Made by a program: the position numbers and the translations under genes. Under the pieces are notes generated by a model that did no database searches, was not told the origin of the DNA, and worked only from the letters and a program-made list of their open reading frames with translations. This document shows, piece by piece, positions 1 to 10,268 of a DNA stretch of 64,000 bases (position 1 is its first letter; each line of letters begins with the position of its first letter). Source of the DNA: Trueperaceae bacterium (lineage in GTDB: Bacteria; Deinococcota; Deinococci; Deinococcales; Trueperaceae); contig CBDCDZ010000004.1 in assembly GCA_965215565.1 (NCBI GenBank), positions 224,001 through 288,000 on the forward strand. Direction: 5' to 3'.

Positions 1-93
1 GAAGGAGAACCGCTTCCCTAAGCGTATGGTGCGCCAGGTTCCTCTGCCGCTTTGTTGAACGTCGGCTCGAGGATTGACCTTGACTTGTGCCAT
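1..93 (-). CDS. 5' end of a probable second iron-siderophore ABC permease (FecD-like), running off the window
   Basis: ATG at 93 overlaps the TGA of the FecCD gene (TGATG). Open to the window edge ([31 protein letters not shown]). Identity inferred from operon position only. Confidence 0.55.
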   Translation of the reverse strand, partial: MAQVKVNPRADVQQSGRGTWRTIRLGKRFSF

Positions 94-1121
94 CAGCGCC
101 GCACCTTGTACCGCGCCAAATAGATAAAGAAGGGCGCACCAACGAGCGCCATCATCACGCCGACGGGTAACTCCTGCGGTTGGATGACGACTCGAGCCCC
201 GACGTCCGCGAGCGTCACTAAGACCGCGCCTAAAAGCGCCGAGTAGGGCAGTATCCAGCGGTAGTCCACGCCGACGAGAAAGCGCGTAACGTGAGGAACA
301 ACTAGCCCGACGGAGCCGATAGGACCAGCCAACGCCACCGCGCCGCCTGCCAAAAGTACGACTATCACCGCCGCGAGAATTTTGAGCCAGCCCGTATTTT
401 GCCCTAAACCCGTCGCTACGTCGTCCCCTAAGCTGAGCGTTGTGATCTGCCGTCCCAAAAGGAGAGCGCCGACGAGCCCGGCGAAGATGTAAGGCGAGGT
501 CCATAAGAGCAGCGGCATCTCGCGCCCTGCCAGTGAGCCCGCCGTCCAGAAGCGCACCTGGTCTAACGTATTCTGATCCATAATGAGAATCGGGGTGGTG
601 AACGAGCTGATGAACGCCGTGAAGACCGCGCCCGCAAGCGTCAACTTGAGCGGTGTCGCGCCGCCGCGCCCTACCGAGCCGAGCGCGTAGACGAAAACGG
701 CGGCGAGTGCCGCGCCGATGAAGGCGAACAGCGCATACGTCGAAAGCGGTAGGCTGCCTAGAATGAGCACGGCTAAGACGACTGCAAACGACGCGCCCGC
801 GTTGACGCCTAAGATGCTCGGCGACGCGAGCGGATTGCGCGTAAGTCCCTGCATGATCGCGCCCGCCACGGCTAATGCCGCGCCGACGACTGCGCCCGCT
901 AAAATACGTGGCAAGCGCACCGTGCGGATGATGAGGTGATCGAACGACTCGTCGAACGCGAAGAGGGCGGCGTAGACCGTCCTCACCGAGATGTCTGCCG
1001 CGCCTAGCGTGATGCTGAACGCGAGACACGCGAGCAGCAGTCCCAAGCCGAGCGGCAAGCCCAGCCACTTGGAGAGGCGCAGGGTTCTTCGCTGTGAGGG
1101 AGAGGTAGAAGGGTAAGCCAT
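93..1121 (-). CDS. Iron chelate (siderophore) ABC transporter permease, FecCD family
   Basis: Motifs [48 protein letters not shown]; hydrophobic throughout. Confidence 0.93.
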   Translation of the reverse strand: MAYPSTSPSQRRTLRLSKWLGLPLGLGLLLACLAFSITLGAADISVRTVYAALFAFDESFDHLIIRTVRLPRILAGAVVGAALAVAGAIMQGLTRNPLASPSILGVNAGASFAVVLAVLILGSLPLSTYALFAFIGAALAAVFVYALGSVGRGGATPLKLTLAGAVFTAFISSFTTPILIMDQNTLDQVRFWTAGSLAGREMPLLLWTSPYIFAGLVGALLLGRQITTLSLGDDVATGLGQNTGWLKILAAVIVVLLAGGAVALAGPIGSVGLVVPHVTRFLVGVDYRWILPYSALLGAVLVTLADVGARVVIQPQELPVGVMMALVGAPFFIYLARYKVRR

Positions 1122-1155
1122 GATCGTCTCGAGCACACATCATCCTGAAATCAGC

Positions 1156-1180
1156 AATCCTGATCGCTGTGCTCGGAATT
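1156..1180. promoter_or_regulatory. 25-bp imperfect palindrome, candidate Rrf2/IscR-type operator
   Basis: AATCCTGATCGCTGTGCTCGGAATT upstream of fecCD; two similar 25-mers lie upstream of the Fur/SBP operon. Confidence 0.5.
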
Positions 1181-1336
1181 AAGCGTACTCTATTTTGCAG
1201 CCGTTCGTCAAAGAGGTGAGGCACCGTAAGAGCTGTCCAGGACGAGAATCGTAATGATTCCGAGGTTTGCTTTTGCTTCACGCTTACGCTGATTTAGTCT
1301 TCAGCACACACTACCCTTCGAATCTGCGCGACTTTT

Positions 1337-2467
1337 TTACGCCTTGCGCCAGGGCTCAAAAATCTCTTGCGCCACGCCGCGCCCCTTAGGGGTCAAGAAC
1401 AGCGCCTCGCCCTCGCGGTTCACGAGCCCGTCGTCTAAGCTGCGCACGAGCACGCGCTGCGCTTTGGCGTCGTCCCAGCGCAGGTGCTCGCGTAGAGCGC
1501 TCACCACGTTCTCCTCCGCCTGGCGCGGACCCTTCTCGTGGTGGTAGAGGTGCACCGCCAGCGCCCGGCTCGCGTCCTCGTCGCGGCGCTGCAAACGCCT
1601 GATCTCTTGCGCGAGGAGCCCGTAGCGCGGTCCAAACAGGAAGGCGAGCGTCAAGAAAACGCCCGTCATGACTGCCATCATGCCGCCGATGGAAACGTCT
1701 AAGGGGACGGCGATAAAGTAGCCGCTGACGCTCGAGAAGATTGATATAAGCGAACCGTAGAGCATCATCTTCCAGAGCCTATCGGTCAAGAGGTAGGCGG
1801 CGGCGGGCGGCACGATCACAAAGGTGATAAAGAGCACCGCGCCCACCGCGTCAAAAGCGGCGACGGCGGTGGCGCTCGTCAGGGAAAGAAGCGCGTAGAA
1901 GAGCGCTGTGGGCGCGAAGCCGAGCGCTTTGGCTAAGGGGGCGTCGAAGGTGGCGAGCTTGAGTTCTTTGTAGAACAAGCTCACGAAGGTGAGGTTCACA
2001 AGCGTCATCACGGACATCCAGAGGAGCGCGTTCGGCACCTCCACGCCGCCCAGCGTCACCGTATCGAGCCAGACAAAGCCGATTTCGCCCAGCAGCACGG
2101 TGTGCTCGTCGATGTGTACGTCCCGGGCGTAGAGGTTGAGCAGCAACACTCCTATGGAGAAGAGCACCGGGAACACCAGACCGATAGCCGCGTCGTACTT
2201 GACGCGGCGGCTCGACGCCACGGCTTCGGTCAAGAAGACCGTCAGCACACCTGTGAGCGCCGCGCCGATGATCTGTACAGGTCCGCTCTGCTGATTTGTC
2301 AGTAACCATACGATGACGATGCCGAAGACGATGGAGTGGCTTATGGCGTCCGCCAACATGCTATTTTTGCGCAGGACTAAAAAGGTTCCTAAGAGGCTCG
2401 CCGCAACGCCGACGAGTGCGCCCGTCGCCATGATGGTAAAAGGAATGTTGGAGAGTAGACTCACCAT
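1337..2467 (-). CDS. Mn/Zn/Fe ABC transporter permease (TroD/MntD-like) with C-terminal winged-helix extension
   Basis: LGTFLVLRKNSMLADAISH, YKELKLATFD, AFDAVGAVL; C-terminal LFLTPKGR. Confidence 0.9.
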   Translation of the reverse strand: MVSLLSNIPFTIMATGALVGVAASLLGTFLVLRKNSMLADAISHSIVFGIVIVWLLTNQQSGPVQIIGAALTGVLTVFLTEAVASSRRVKYDAAIGLVFPVLFSIGVLLLNLYARDVHIDEHTVLLGEIGFVWLDTVTLGGVEVPNALLWMSVMTLVNLTFVSLFYKELKLATFDAPLAKALGFAPTALFYALLSLTSATAVAAFDAVGAVLFITFVIVPPAAAYLLTDRLWKMMLYGSLISIFSSVSGYFIAVPLDVSIGGMMAVMTGVFLTLAFLFGPRYGLLAQEIRRLQRRDEDASRALAVHLYHHEKGPRQAEENVVSALREHLRWDDAKAQRVLVRSLDDGLVNREGEALFLTPKGRGVAQEIFEPWRKA

Positions 2468-3603
2468 CACGCGCCCTGCGGGTTGAGCGCGTCCAGGATG
2501 CGCTCCGCCTCACGCCGCCCCTTATCGGTCAGCGCCCAGTGCTCGCCCTCGCCCGGCATGTGCGTCTCGCGCGCGACGAAACCGTCCTTTTGAAGACGCC
2601 CCAATGCCCCTGTCGCGTCGGCGCGGTAGTACACGTTGACCATCCCCTCCTCGGTGAGATAGCGGGGGTCTCGGTGTTTCTCCGTAAGCTGATAGAGCGT
2701 CGTCAAGACCCGCTGCGCCTCCAAGACGCGGCGGTTACGCCACCGCTGCAACGCCTCCCATACGACGCCGCGCCCCGGCGCGAACAAGATGGAGAGGAGC
2801 ACGAACGCCGAGATGCTCAAGATAATGAGCGGACCCGTCGCCAAGTTGCGCCCCGACGCGCTGATGAGCGCCCCTGTGACGCCCCCGGCTGCGCCGATGA
2901 GAGCGGACACGAGTACCATGCTCCCTAAGCTATTGACCCATTGCCGCGCCGCCGCCGCCGGCGCGATGATCATCGCCGCCATAAGGACGACGCCCACCAT
3001 CTGCAGACCCACGACGACGGCGAAGGCGATCATCGCGGTCATAAAGACCTCGAGCACCACCACGGGCAGCCCGAGCGAGCCCGCGAAGAGCGGGTCAAAG
3101 GTGACGAGTTTAAGCTCTTTCCACAAGAGCGCAACGAGCAGGAGCGCCACGCTGGTCACGCCGCCCATCACCCAGAGGTCACTGCGCAGCATCGCAGCGG
3201 CTTGACCGAACAAAAAGGAATCCAGCCCGCCCTGCGAGGCGTTACCCGTCCCTTGAATGTAGGTGAGAAGCACGATGCCCAGCGCGAAAAAGAGGCTCAG
3301 CGAGATGCCCAGCCCCGCGTCCGTCTTGAGGCGACTGCGGCGCGTGAGGAGGAGCATAAAGAGCGCGGCGAGGACGCCCGTAAAGAGCGCCCCCGCCAAG
3401 ATGCTGCCGAGCTGCCTCGAGCCCGCCACGATAAACCCCAGACAGATGCCGGGCAGCGCCGCGTGCGAAAGCGTGTCCCCCAAGAGGCTCTGCTGCCGCA
3501 AGACCGCGAACGTGCCGAGCACGCCGCTGCTCACGCCTAGGAGTGCCGCGCCCATCGCGACGTTTTGGACTGTGTAGTCACCTAAAAAGCTGAGGAGCGA
3601 CAC
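2467..3603 (-). CDS. Mn/Zn/Fe ABC transporter permease (TroC/MntC-like)
   Basis: SLLGDTLSHAALPG, GLDSFLFGQAA, WKELKLVTFDP, PAAAARQW. Confidence 0.9.
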   Translation of the reverse strand: MSLLSFLGDYTVQNVAMGAALLGVSSGVLGTFAVLRQQSLLGDTLSHAALPGICLGFIVAGSRQLGSILAGALFTGVLAALFMLLLTRRSRLKTDAGLGISLSLFFALGIVLLTYIQGTGNASQGGLDSFLFGQAAAMLRSDLWVMGGVTSVALLLVALLWKELKLVTFDPLFAGSLGLPVVVLEVFMTAMIAFAVVVGLQMVGVVLMAAMIIAPAAAARQWVNSLGSMVLVSALIGAAGGVTGALISASGRNLATGPLIILSISAFVLLSILFAPGRGVVWEALQRWRNRRVLEAQRVLTTLYQLTEKHRDPRYLTEEGMVNVYYRADATGALGRLQKDGFVARETHMPGEGEHWALTDKGRREAERILDALNPQGA

Positions 3604-4439
3604 TAGTTGACCTCTTGAGCGGCGGGGTCTCGAGGCTCCACCTCTTTCGGGGCGTCTTGCGAGTCCTCTTCGTCCTCGAGCTGCTCCGCGAACGCCTCGC
3701 TCTGTAAAAGTGCGATCTGCCCGCCATACGCCGCGCGCAAGTTCTCCGCCGTGTAGACCTCTTGCACGGGTCCTTGCGCGATGGTGCGCACGTTCAAGAT
3801 GAGCATCCAGTCGAAGTAGCTCGTGACGGTCTGCAAGTCGTGGTGCACGACGATGACGGTCTTGCCCTCGTCGCGCAGCTCGCGCAAGATGTTCACGATG
3901 GCGCGTTCCGTGGTGGCGTCTACACCTGCCATCGGCTCGTCTAAAAAGTACACGTCGGCGTCTTGGACCAACGCCCGCGCCAAAAAGACGCGCTGCTGCT
4001 GTCCGCCCGAGAGTTGGCTGATCTGCCTGGGCGCGTAGTCCTGCATCCCGACGAGTTCCAGCGCGTGCTCCGCCTTCTCACGCTCGCGCCGCCCCGGACG
4101 CCTGAACCAGCCGAGCTGCTCGTAGAGCCCCATCGTGACGACGTCGATGGCTGTCGTCGGAAAGTCCCAGTCCACCGACGAGCGCTGCGGCACGTAGCCT
4201 ATTCTGCGCCGCTGCTCCTTATACGACTTACCGTACACGTAAATATGGCCCGCGCTCTTCTTGACGAGCCCCAAAATCGACTTGATGAGCGTACTCTTGC
4301 CCGCGCCGTTCGGTCCGACGATAGCGGCTAAAACGCCCGGCGGCACGTCGAGGTCAATGTCCCACAGGACGGGCTTAGAGTGATAACTCACCGTCAAATC
4401 TTCGATGTGCAGGGCTAAATCGGGTTCGTGTTGTGCCAT
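3603..4439 (-). CDS. Metal ABC transporter ATP-binding protein (TroB/MntB-like)
   Basis: Walker [28 protein letters not shown]. Start moved to ATG 4439 behind AGGAG. Confidence 0.93.
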   Translation of the reverse strand: MAQHEPDLALHIEDLTVSYHSKPVLWDIDLDVPPGVLAAIVGPNGAGKSTLIKSILGLVKKSAGHIYVYGKSYKEQRRRIGYVPQRSSVDWDFPTTAIDVVTMGLYEQLGWFRRPGRREREKAEHALELVGMQDYAPRQISQLSGGQQQRVFLARALVQDADVYFLDEPMAGVDATTERAIVNILRELRDEGKTVIVVHHDLQTVTSYFDWMLILNVRTIAQGPVQEVYTAENLRAAYGGQIALLQSEAFAEQLEDEEDSQDAPKEVEPRDPAAQEVN

Positions 4440-4586
4440 GTTGCTCCTAAATATTACAGGGAGATAGTCGTTAGTAATAGGTCGTTTAGAGAATGTCAGC
4501 ACTTCAGGAAAAAGCTTAAAACCTGTTACGGAGTTTTCGGAACGAAACAAGCTGAAATGCTGACTGGCTGATACGAGAGAATAGCG

Positions 4587-5549
4587 CTACGGGTTCGCCG
4601 CAACGTCCCACTGCGCCGCCCATTCGCTGAGGGCTTCGGGTAAGGGGGGCACGTCGCCGCCCAGCGCCTCGACGATCGTCCTTGTATTTTCAAAGAGCAT
4701 CCCGATGTATGTTCCCCCTACGGTTCCTTCTTGCCCCATCGCGTCGGAGTACAGCTCGCCGCCGACTTCGACTTGATGACCGCGCTGCGCCGCCGCGTCG
4801 ATGACTGCCCGGACGGTGCGCGGGTTGATGGTGCTCTCGATAAAGACAGCGGGCACCTGACGCTCGGCGATGACCTGCGCCATATTGCGGATGTCCGCGA
4901 CACCCGCCTCGGACTCGGTGCTGATCCCCTGGACGCCTTCAACCTCGATGCCGTAGGCGCGTCCGTAGTAGGCGAAGGCGTCGTGCGCGGTAACGAGGAC
5001 GCGCTGCCCCTCGGGGATGCTCGAGACCGCCGCTTCGATCCAACCGTTTAGCGCTTCTAACTGCGCGGCGTAAGCCTCTGCGTTGCTTCTAAACCGCTCG
5101 GCGCACTCGGGGCGCAACTCTGCGAGGGCGTCTGCAATCGTAGGCGCGATCTGGGCCCAAAGCCCCGCGTCCATCCACAGGTGCGGGTCAATGCCGTATA
5201 CATCTTGCGTGGTGATGAGGGCGTCCGGGTTGATGGATTCGGGCGAGACGGCGAGGGTAGGCTTCCGCTCTGCGAAGCGCTCCAACACGTTGCCGAGCTG
5301 CCCCTCCAGCGAATACCCCGAGTAGAAGATGATGTCCGCGCTACTAAAGGTCCGCACGTCGCCCGAGCTAGCCTGGTAGAGGTGCGGGTCGATTCCCGGT
5401 CCCATAATAGCGGTCACGTTCGCGCACTCACCGCCGACGTTTTGCGCTACGTCACCGATCATGCCGATGGTAACAACCGCATTTATAGGTTCCTGCGCTA
5501 CCCCGTAAGCTGAAACGCTCAGCGCGAGCGCCAATACCAGCATCTTCAT
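4587..5549 (-). CDS. Metal ABC transporter substrate-binding protein (TroA/MntA-like)
   Basis: Signal peptide; DPHLY, DPHLW, TAHDAF, LYSDAMG metal-ligand motifs. Confidence 0.93.
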   Translation of the reverse strand: MKMLVLALALSVSAYGVAQEPINAVVTIGMIGDVAQNVGGECANVTAIMGPGIDPHLYQASSGDVRTFSSADIIFYSGYSLEGQLGNVLERFAERKPTLAVSPESINPDALITTQDVYGIDPHLWMDAGLWAQIAPTIADALAELRPECAERFRSNAEAYAAQLEALNGWIEAAVSSIPEGQRVLVTAHDAFAYYGRAYGIEVEGVQGISTESEAGVADIRNMAQVIAERQVPAVFIESTINPRTVRAVIDAAAQRGHQVEVGGELYSDAMGQEGTVGGTYIGMLFENTRTIVEALGGDVPPLPEALSEWAAQWDVAANP

Positions 5550-5592
5550 TTAGAGACTCCTTAACTTTGTGGGCATAAAGGCAAAAAATCTT

Positions 5593-5610
5593 ATTTGCTT
5601 TGCCTAAAAT
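5593..5610. promoter_or_regulatory. Candidate MntR/DtxR operator upstream of the tro/mnt operon
   Basis: ATTTGCTTTGCCTAAAAT, similar to TTTTAGCCATGCCTAATT at the mntR start. Confidence 0.5.
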
Positions 5611-5896
5611 TATGCCACGCGGTTTTACGTCTGTCAATCTGTTCCCTTTCATTTGAGTTTCATAGAAGTAACGGGTAATGCTCTAAACATGGTTTTTTAT
5701 GGAAAGCCCTTAGCTTTTAGCGGTTAGCCTTTAGCCGAAAAGCCTTTTTCGATGATTCTAAAGCGCATCGTAAGTGCTGCTCGGTTGCAACGTTCCTGTT
5801 CGTATTGACGACTAAAGCTTCACTCCACATTTCCTCGATAAGTGCCGAAGACATACCGAGGTCTTATCTGGTTAACATTGTACTAAAGCGGACATG

Positions 5897-6562
5897 TCAA
5901 GTCATCTGACCCTCGATCTGCTGCGCCAAGTCTCCTGAGAGGGCGAACGCTCTGCCTTGACTCGCGACATAGAACAGCTTGCCGAAAGGTTCGATGCTCT
6001 TGACCTCGAGCGCCGCGCCAGGCTTCACACCGAGGTCGAAGAGGTAGTTGAGCACTTCGCTCTCTTGGCTCAGGATGCGGTTGACCGCGAGCGTGTCGCC
6101 CACGTTAAGGTTCGCCAAGGATTCACCTGAGCGTTGTGGCAGGGTGCCGTCTGCTGTAGGGATGGGGTCGCCGTGCGGGTCGAAGGCGGGCTGCCCTAGC
6201 TTCTCGGCTAGGCGCTCCGTGAAGCGGTCGGTCATGGTGTGTTCCATCAGTTCGGCTTCTGCGTGAACCTCGTCCCAGGTGTAGTCGAGGTAGTCGATGA
6301 GAAAGGTCTCGATAAGCCGGTGGCGGCGCAGTAGGCGCAGCGCCGCCAAGCGTCCTTGTGGCGTCAGCGTCGCGCCGTGGTAGCGCTCGTAGGTCACGAA
6401 CTCGAGCCGCGCCAGCTTGCCCAACATGCCTGTGACCGAGGGCGCGGTTACGCCCAGGTGCTCAGCTAGGTCCTTCGTGCTGACGCTGCCGTCTTCAGCC
6501 AGCACCCAGATTGCTTTGAGATAGTCCCCCACCGCGTTCGACACGGGAATTGTTTTAGCCAT
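5897..6562 (-). CDS. mntR: DtxR/MntR-family metal-dependent repressor with FeoA-like C-terminus
   Basis: DYLKAIW, HTH SVTGMLGKL, RRHRLIETFL, HAEAELMEH, DPHGDPIP. Leaderless TAGAAT-N5-ATG. Confidence 0.9.
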   Translation of the reverse strand: MAKTIPVSNAVGDYLKAIWVLAEDGSVSTKDLAEHLGVTAPSVTGMLGKLARLEFVTYERYHGATLTPQGRLAALRLLRRHRLIETFLIDYLDYTWDEVHAEAELMEHTMTDRFTERLAEKLGQPAFDPHGDPIPTADGTLPQRSGESLANLNVGDTLAVNRILSQESEVLNYLFDLGVKPGAALEVKSIEPFGKLFYVASQGRAFALSGDLAQQIEGQMT

Positions 6563-6731
6563 GCCTAATTCTAGCATTTAGGCAAGAGGTCTACAACCGC
6601 TGCGCTAAACTTCGGGGCGAGATTTACCGCGTCATCGCTTCGAGCCATGAGACACGTTTCAGTCTGCTACGCCTCGAGGCGGACGGGCAAGGTTTTAGGT
6701 AGAAGAGGTCTCGAGCCGCACCGCTCTATGC

Positions 6732-6818
6732 TGCAGGTAGCTCGAGGGTTGCGCCTCATTCGTTTTCGCAGGTGTTTCCACTACGTGGCTCTGCGTCACG
6801 CGGTAGTCGAACGTCTGC
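6732..6818 (+). repeat. 87-bp exact direct repeat, copy 1 (3' end of the sucrase-ferredoxin gene)
   Basis: Identical to 7461-7547 by direct comparison. Confidence 0.95.
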
Positions 6819-6830
6819 TACAATCTTTTT

Positions 6831-7397
6831 ATGCCCAGAACGCAAGATGCCGAACGCATGACAGTCGAGGAATATCTCGAGTTTGAAGCTAAAGCTGAGG
6901 TCAAGCACGAGTTCGTGGACGGTTTTGTATTTGCAATGGCAGGCGCGAGTAACCATCACAATCTCATTAGCGTGAATCTTATCAGCGCAATTCGTCCTGC
7001 AACGCGCGCTAAAAACTGCCGAGTCTATGCTAGCGACATGAAACTGCGTGTTCCCACGGGTAACTATTACTACCCTGACGCTTTTGTGACCTGCCAAGAA
7101 GATGATTTTGACGGTAACGAAAAAGCGAGCGCTTGCTTCGTTATCGAGATTCTGTCGGATAGCACCTCGGATATTGACCGGGGCGAAAAGCTCCACAACT
7201 ACCGGAAGCTGAAGGGCTTAAAGGCTTACGTGCTCGTATCTCAAAAGAGCAAACTGGTTGAAATCTACCGTGCCCTAGAAGACGGCAGTTGGCGCTACGA
7301 AACCCTCGAGGAGGGCTCGTTCAGCCTGCCCTGCTTAGACCTCGAGCTGAGCTTGGAAGAGGTTTACGAAGACGTTGATTTAGCACCATCTTCCTGA
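6831..7397 (+). CDS. Uma2-family (putative restriction) endonuclease
   Basis: MTVEEYLEFE..KHEFVDG..MAGAS..H, YYPD, IEILSDST..DRGEK..Y. Leaderless TACAAT-N6-ATG. Confidence 0.92.
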   Translation: MPRTQDAERMTVEEYLEFEAKAEVKHEFVDGFVFAMAGASNHHNLISVNLISAIRPATRAKNCRVYASDMKLRVPTGNYYYPDAFVTCQEDDFDGNEKASACFVIEILSDSTSDIDRGEKLHNYRKLKGLKAYVLVSQKSKLVEIYRALEDGSWRYETLEEGSFSLPCLDLELSLEEVYEDVDLAPSS

Positions 7398-7426
7398 CGA
7401 AAGACGTTTATGGCAAATTTGAATGT

Positions 7427-8389
7427 CTACCGGGCGGGCTCCAAAGCCACCGCTCGGTATTGCAGGTAGCTCGAGGGTTGCGCCTCATTCGTTTTCGCAG
7501 GTGTTTCCACTACGTGGCTCTGCGTCACGCGGTAGTCGAACGTCTGCCATTTTCCACCGAGTTTCGCTTTGAGGCTCACCTCTTTCCAACCGTTGCCCTC
7601 TTTTACAACCTCTCCAGCTTTGGGCGCATCCAACCACGTCCAGCCGTGCTCGAGCATCAACGCCTTCTCTGCGATTTGCAAAAACGGGCTTACCAAGCCT
7701 GCCCAACCGCGATAGTGCCCATCTAAGACGCCGATGTCGCCTGCCAACCTCATCAACACCTCGAGTTCCGCCGTACCTAAGTGCGCCCAGCAACGAGCAG
7801 CGGGCAATTCCAACACAGTCGGCGCGAACACGTGACCGCCGAAGTGCGCCGCTCGCCACACCCGCACGTTCGGATCATCCTGCGCCATCTCTCGTGCTTG
7901 CTGATAGAGCCGATAGCCGAACTTGCCACACGCCGCGTCCACCGCGCCCTGCGTGCAGATGAGGAAGTCACGGCAAGTTGCGTGGACGCGGTAGGGTTCA
8001 AAGTCGGATAAGTTTTCAGTGCCTACGAGCGCCGCCCAGATGAGGTCGCTCAACCGCTCTTCAGGGACGAGGTATTCGGTGCGCCGATAGTCTACAAACG
8101 CGCCCTCGGGTTGCTCGAGCACCCAAAACCGCCTATATCCCTCGGGCGCATAAGCCTCATCCGGCGTAACCATGAGCGGGCGGATGCTCAGGGCGGCTTG
8201 TTCCTCCGGTGAGAGGGTATCAAAATACTCGAACAGTTTAGGGATAGCGTCGGGGACGTGTTTAGGGTTGAACCACATCCCTTTGGGCCAGGGGAGCGGG
8301 TTCTCGAGCGCGAAAAACCGCTTCGCGCTCGTTGTGTAACCTGCTGGGTCTAAACCTATTTTTAGGGCTAATTCTGAGCAGAACTGCAT
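7427..8389 (-). CDS. Sucrase/ferredoxin-like protein (thioredoxin-like 2Fe-2S family)
   Basis: ICTQGAVDAACGKFG and WRAAHFGGHVFAPT motifs; ATG at 8389. Confidence 0.85.
   Translation of the reverse strand: MQFCSELALKIGLDPAGYTTSAKRFFALENPLPWPKGMWFNPKHVPDAIPKLFEYFDTLSPEEQAALSIRPLMVTPDEAYAPEGYRRFWVLEQPEGAFVDYRRTEYLVPEERLSDLIWAALVGTENLSDFEPYRVHATCRDFLICTQGAVDAACGKFGYRLYQQAREMAQDDPNVRVWRAAHFGGHVFAPTVLELPAARCWAHLGTAELEVLMRLAGDIGVLDGHYRGWAGLVSPFLQIAEKALMLEHGWTWLDAPKAGEVVKEGNGWKEVSLKAKLGGKWQTFDYRVTQSHVVETPAKTNEAQPSSYLQYRAVALEPAR
7461..7547 (+). repeat. 87-bp exact direct repeat, copy 2
   Basis: Identical to 6732-6818. Confidence 0.95.
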
Positions 8390-8390
8390 C

Positions 8391-9329
8391 TCACTCCACC
8401 GTCGCGGCAATCTCGGGAACGAGGTTTTCCAAGAGGTGGTCCAAGCTCAGCACCGTACCGAACTGCAAGGCGTCCACCTCTCACCCCGTGACGTTCAGCA
8501 CGCGCCCCTCTTGCACTGCGCCGAGTCTTGACAGGAGCGGGTTCTCCTCCAGAGGCGGCGTGCCCTCCTCAGCGAAGGGAACGTCCAGAAAGACGAGCAG
8601 GTCTCGGTCCAAGAGGTCTAAACGCTCTTCGCTCAGGTCGGCGTAGAAGCTCTCGCCTGCAATTTGGACGAGTTCTTGCGGCACAACGAAGCCTAAGTCC
8701 TCGAAGAAGCGGGCTCTCGAGTCCTGCGCCGTATAGAAGCCGTACGCGCCGCTGCTGTTCTGATACGCCACCGCCACCGTCTCGTCCGCGAACTCAGGGT
8801 GAGCTTGGCGCACCTCTTCGAACTTCGCCTCCAAGTTGCTCACAAGTCCTTCCGCCCGCTCCGTCTCGCCCACAGCCTCGCCTATGCGTCTCACTTGTTC
8901 TTGCCAAGGCGTGCCGAAGTCGATGTACTCGCCCGACTGCGCGAGCGTGGGAGCGATTTGTGAGAGGGTGTCGTACTCCTCTTGGGTGATGCCCGCGTCT
9001 ACCGCTGTGATGAGGTCGGGCTCCAAAGCTAAAATCGCCTCGTAGTTGAGGCTGCCGTAGGGCATGTTGAGGACTTGAGATTGAGCGCCATTCGCCTCCT
9101 CCTCTGCCCAGGGGAAAATAGCGTCATCCTCATCACCGAAGAAGTAGCGCACCGCGACGGGCTCTACGCCTAGCGCGAAGAGCGTGTCTTGCTCGGTATA
9201 GCCTAAGCTAACGACGCGCTCGGGTCTCTGTTCAATCGTCGTCTCGCCGAGTTTGTGCTCGAGCGTAACGGGAAATTGAGCGTAACCGAGATTTATAAAG
9301 AGGCTGAAGAGGATAAGTATGTGTTTCAT
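8391..9329 (-). pseudogene. Iron-siderophore ABC substrate-binding protein with an in-frame TGA about 30 codons before the natural end
   Basis: Signal peptide, PERVVSLG, LEPDLI, LSQIAPT. After the TGA at 8481-8483 the same frame continues EVDALQFGTVLSLDHLLENLVPEIAATVE* to 8391, just before the next ATG (8389). Confidence 0.7.
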
Positions 9330-9338
9330 CCTGAACTC

Positions 9339-10268
9339 CTAGTTACTCGAGGTTGCTGCACGGGTTTCGGCGTCCGCGAGATAGATCAAGAGGTCGTCCA
9401 AGATGCGCTCCGCCCCAATGAGCCCGATGCCTAAAAACCAGTGGTCGTCACTGACCCTGTAGACCTCATCCGCTTGCACGGCGCTTAAAGACTGCCATAG
9501 CGGACTGCTCGTAAAGGCGTCTAACGCCGTATCATCCGCAGCACCAAAGACACTCATGAAAATGATGTCGCCGTCCATGAGGTTGATTTCCTCTTGGCTA
9601 ACCTGCACCATAAATTCGTCACTGCGTTGCGACTTAGGGCGAGCGAAGCCCACGTCCTCCAAGACCGTGCCGACGAAATTGCCCTTTTGCATCACGCGGT
9701 TTTGCCCCGGCACGAAGCGGATGACGGAGACCTCTTGGGAGGTGTCGGCGGCGTTACGGACAGCCTCTAAGTTCGCCTCGTACTCCCCCATGCGAAGGTC
9801 TAAGACCTCTCGCCGCCCGAGCGCCTCGGCGTAGACCTCGAGATTGTCCTGCCACGCCACCCCGACAGTCTCGGTGAAGACGGTAGGCGCGATTTCGCTG
9901 AGTTGGTCGTAAATCGCTTCGTGGCGCAGGTTGCTACTCAAGATGAGGTCGGGCTGAAGCCCTAAAATCACCTCTAAGTTTGGCTCGCTTATCGTGCCAA
10001 CGAGTTCGACGCCTCCTGTCATCTCGGAGAGGTATGCGGGTAAGCCTAAGCCGGGCAGTGCCTCGACTGCGCCGACGGGTTTCACGCCCAGTGAGAGTAC
10101 TCCGTCTAGTTCGCCCGTGTCTAAGACCACGACGCGCGCCGGGTTCTCAGGCACGCAGGTCTCGCCTGCTGCGTGCGTGACGTTGCGGAAGCCCTCGTTG
10201 CAGGACTGCGCCTGAGCGACGCTCAAAAGAACAAGAAGAGAGGTCAGAAAGAGAAAATAAGGTTTCAC
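9339..10268 (-). CDS. Iron-siderophore ABC substrate-binding protein
   Basis: PENPARVVVLD, PNLEVILGLQPDLI, LSEIAPTV. GTG start overlaps the Fur-family stop. Confidence 0.9.
   Translation of the reverse strand: MKPYFLFLTSLLVLLSVAQAQSCNEGFRNVTHAAGETCVPENPARVVVLDTGELDGVLSLGVKPVGAVEALPGLGLPAYLSEMTGGVELVGTISEPNLEVILGLQPDLILSSNLRHEAIYDQLSEIAPTVFTETVGVAWQDNLEVYAEALGRREVLDLRMGEYEANLEAVRNAADTSQEVSVIRFVPGQNRVMQKGNFVGTVLEDVGFARPKSQRSDEFMVQVSQEEINLMDGDIIFMSVFGAADDTALDAFTSSPLWQSLSAVQADEVYRVSDDHWFLGIGLIGAERILDDLLIYLADAETRAATSSN

Noticed and set aside
1337..3603. DtxR-like tails on the Tro permeases as a novelty
   Set aside because: Permease plus winged-helix fusions are already known in MntC/TroC-type transporters.
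6756..7196. 146-aa minus-strand ORF sharing a C-terminus with 7485-7859
   Set aside because: The shared tail is just the 87-bp duplication read in another frame; the ORF is antisense to Uma2.
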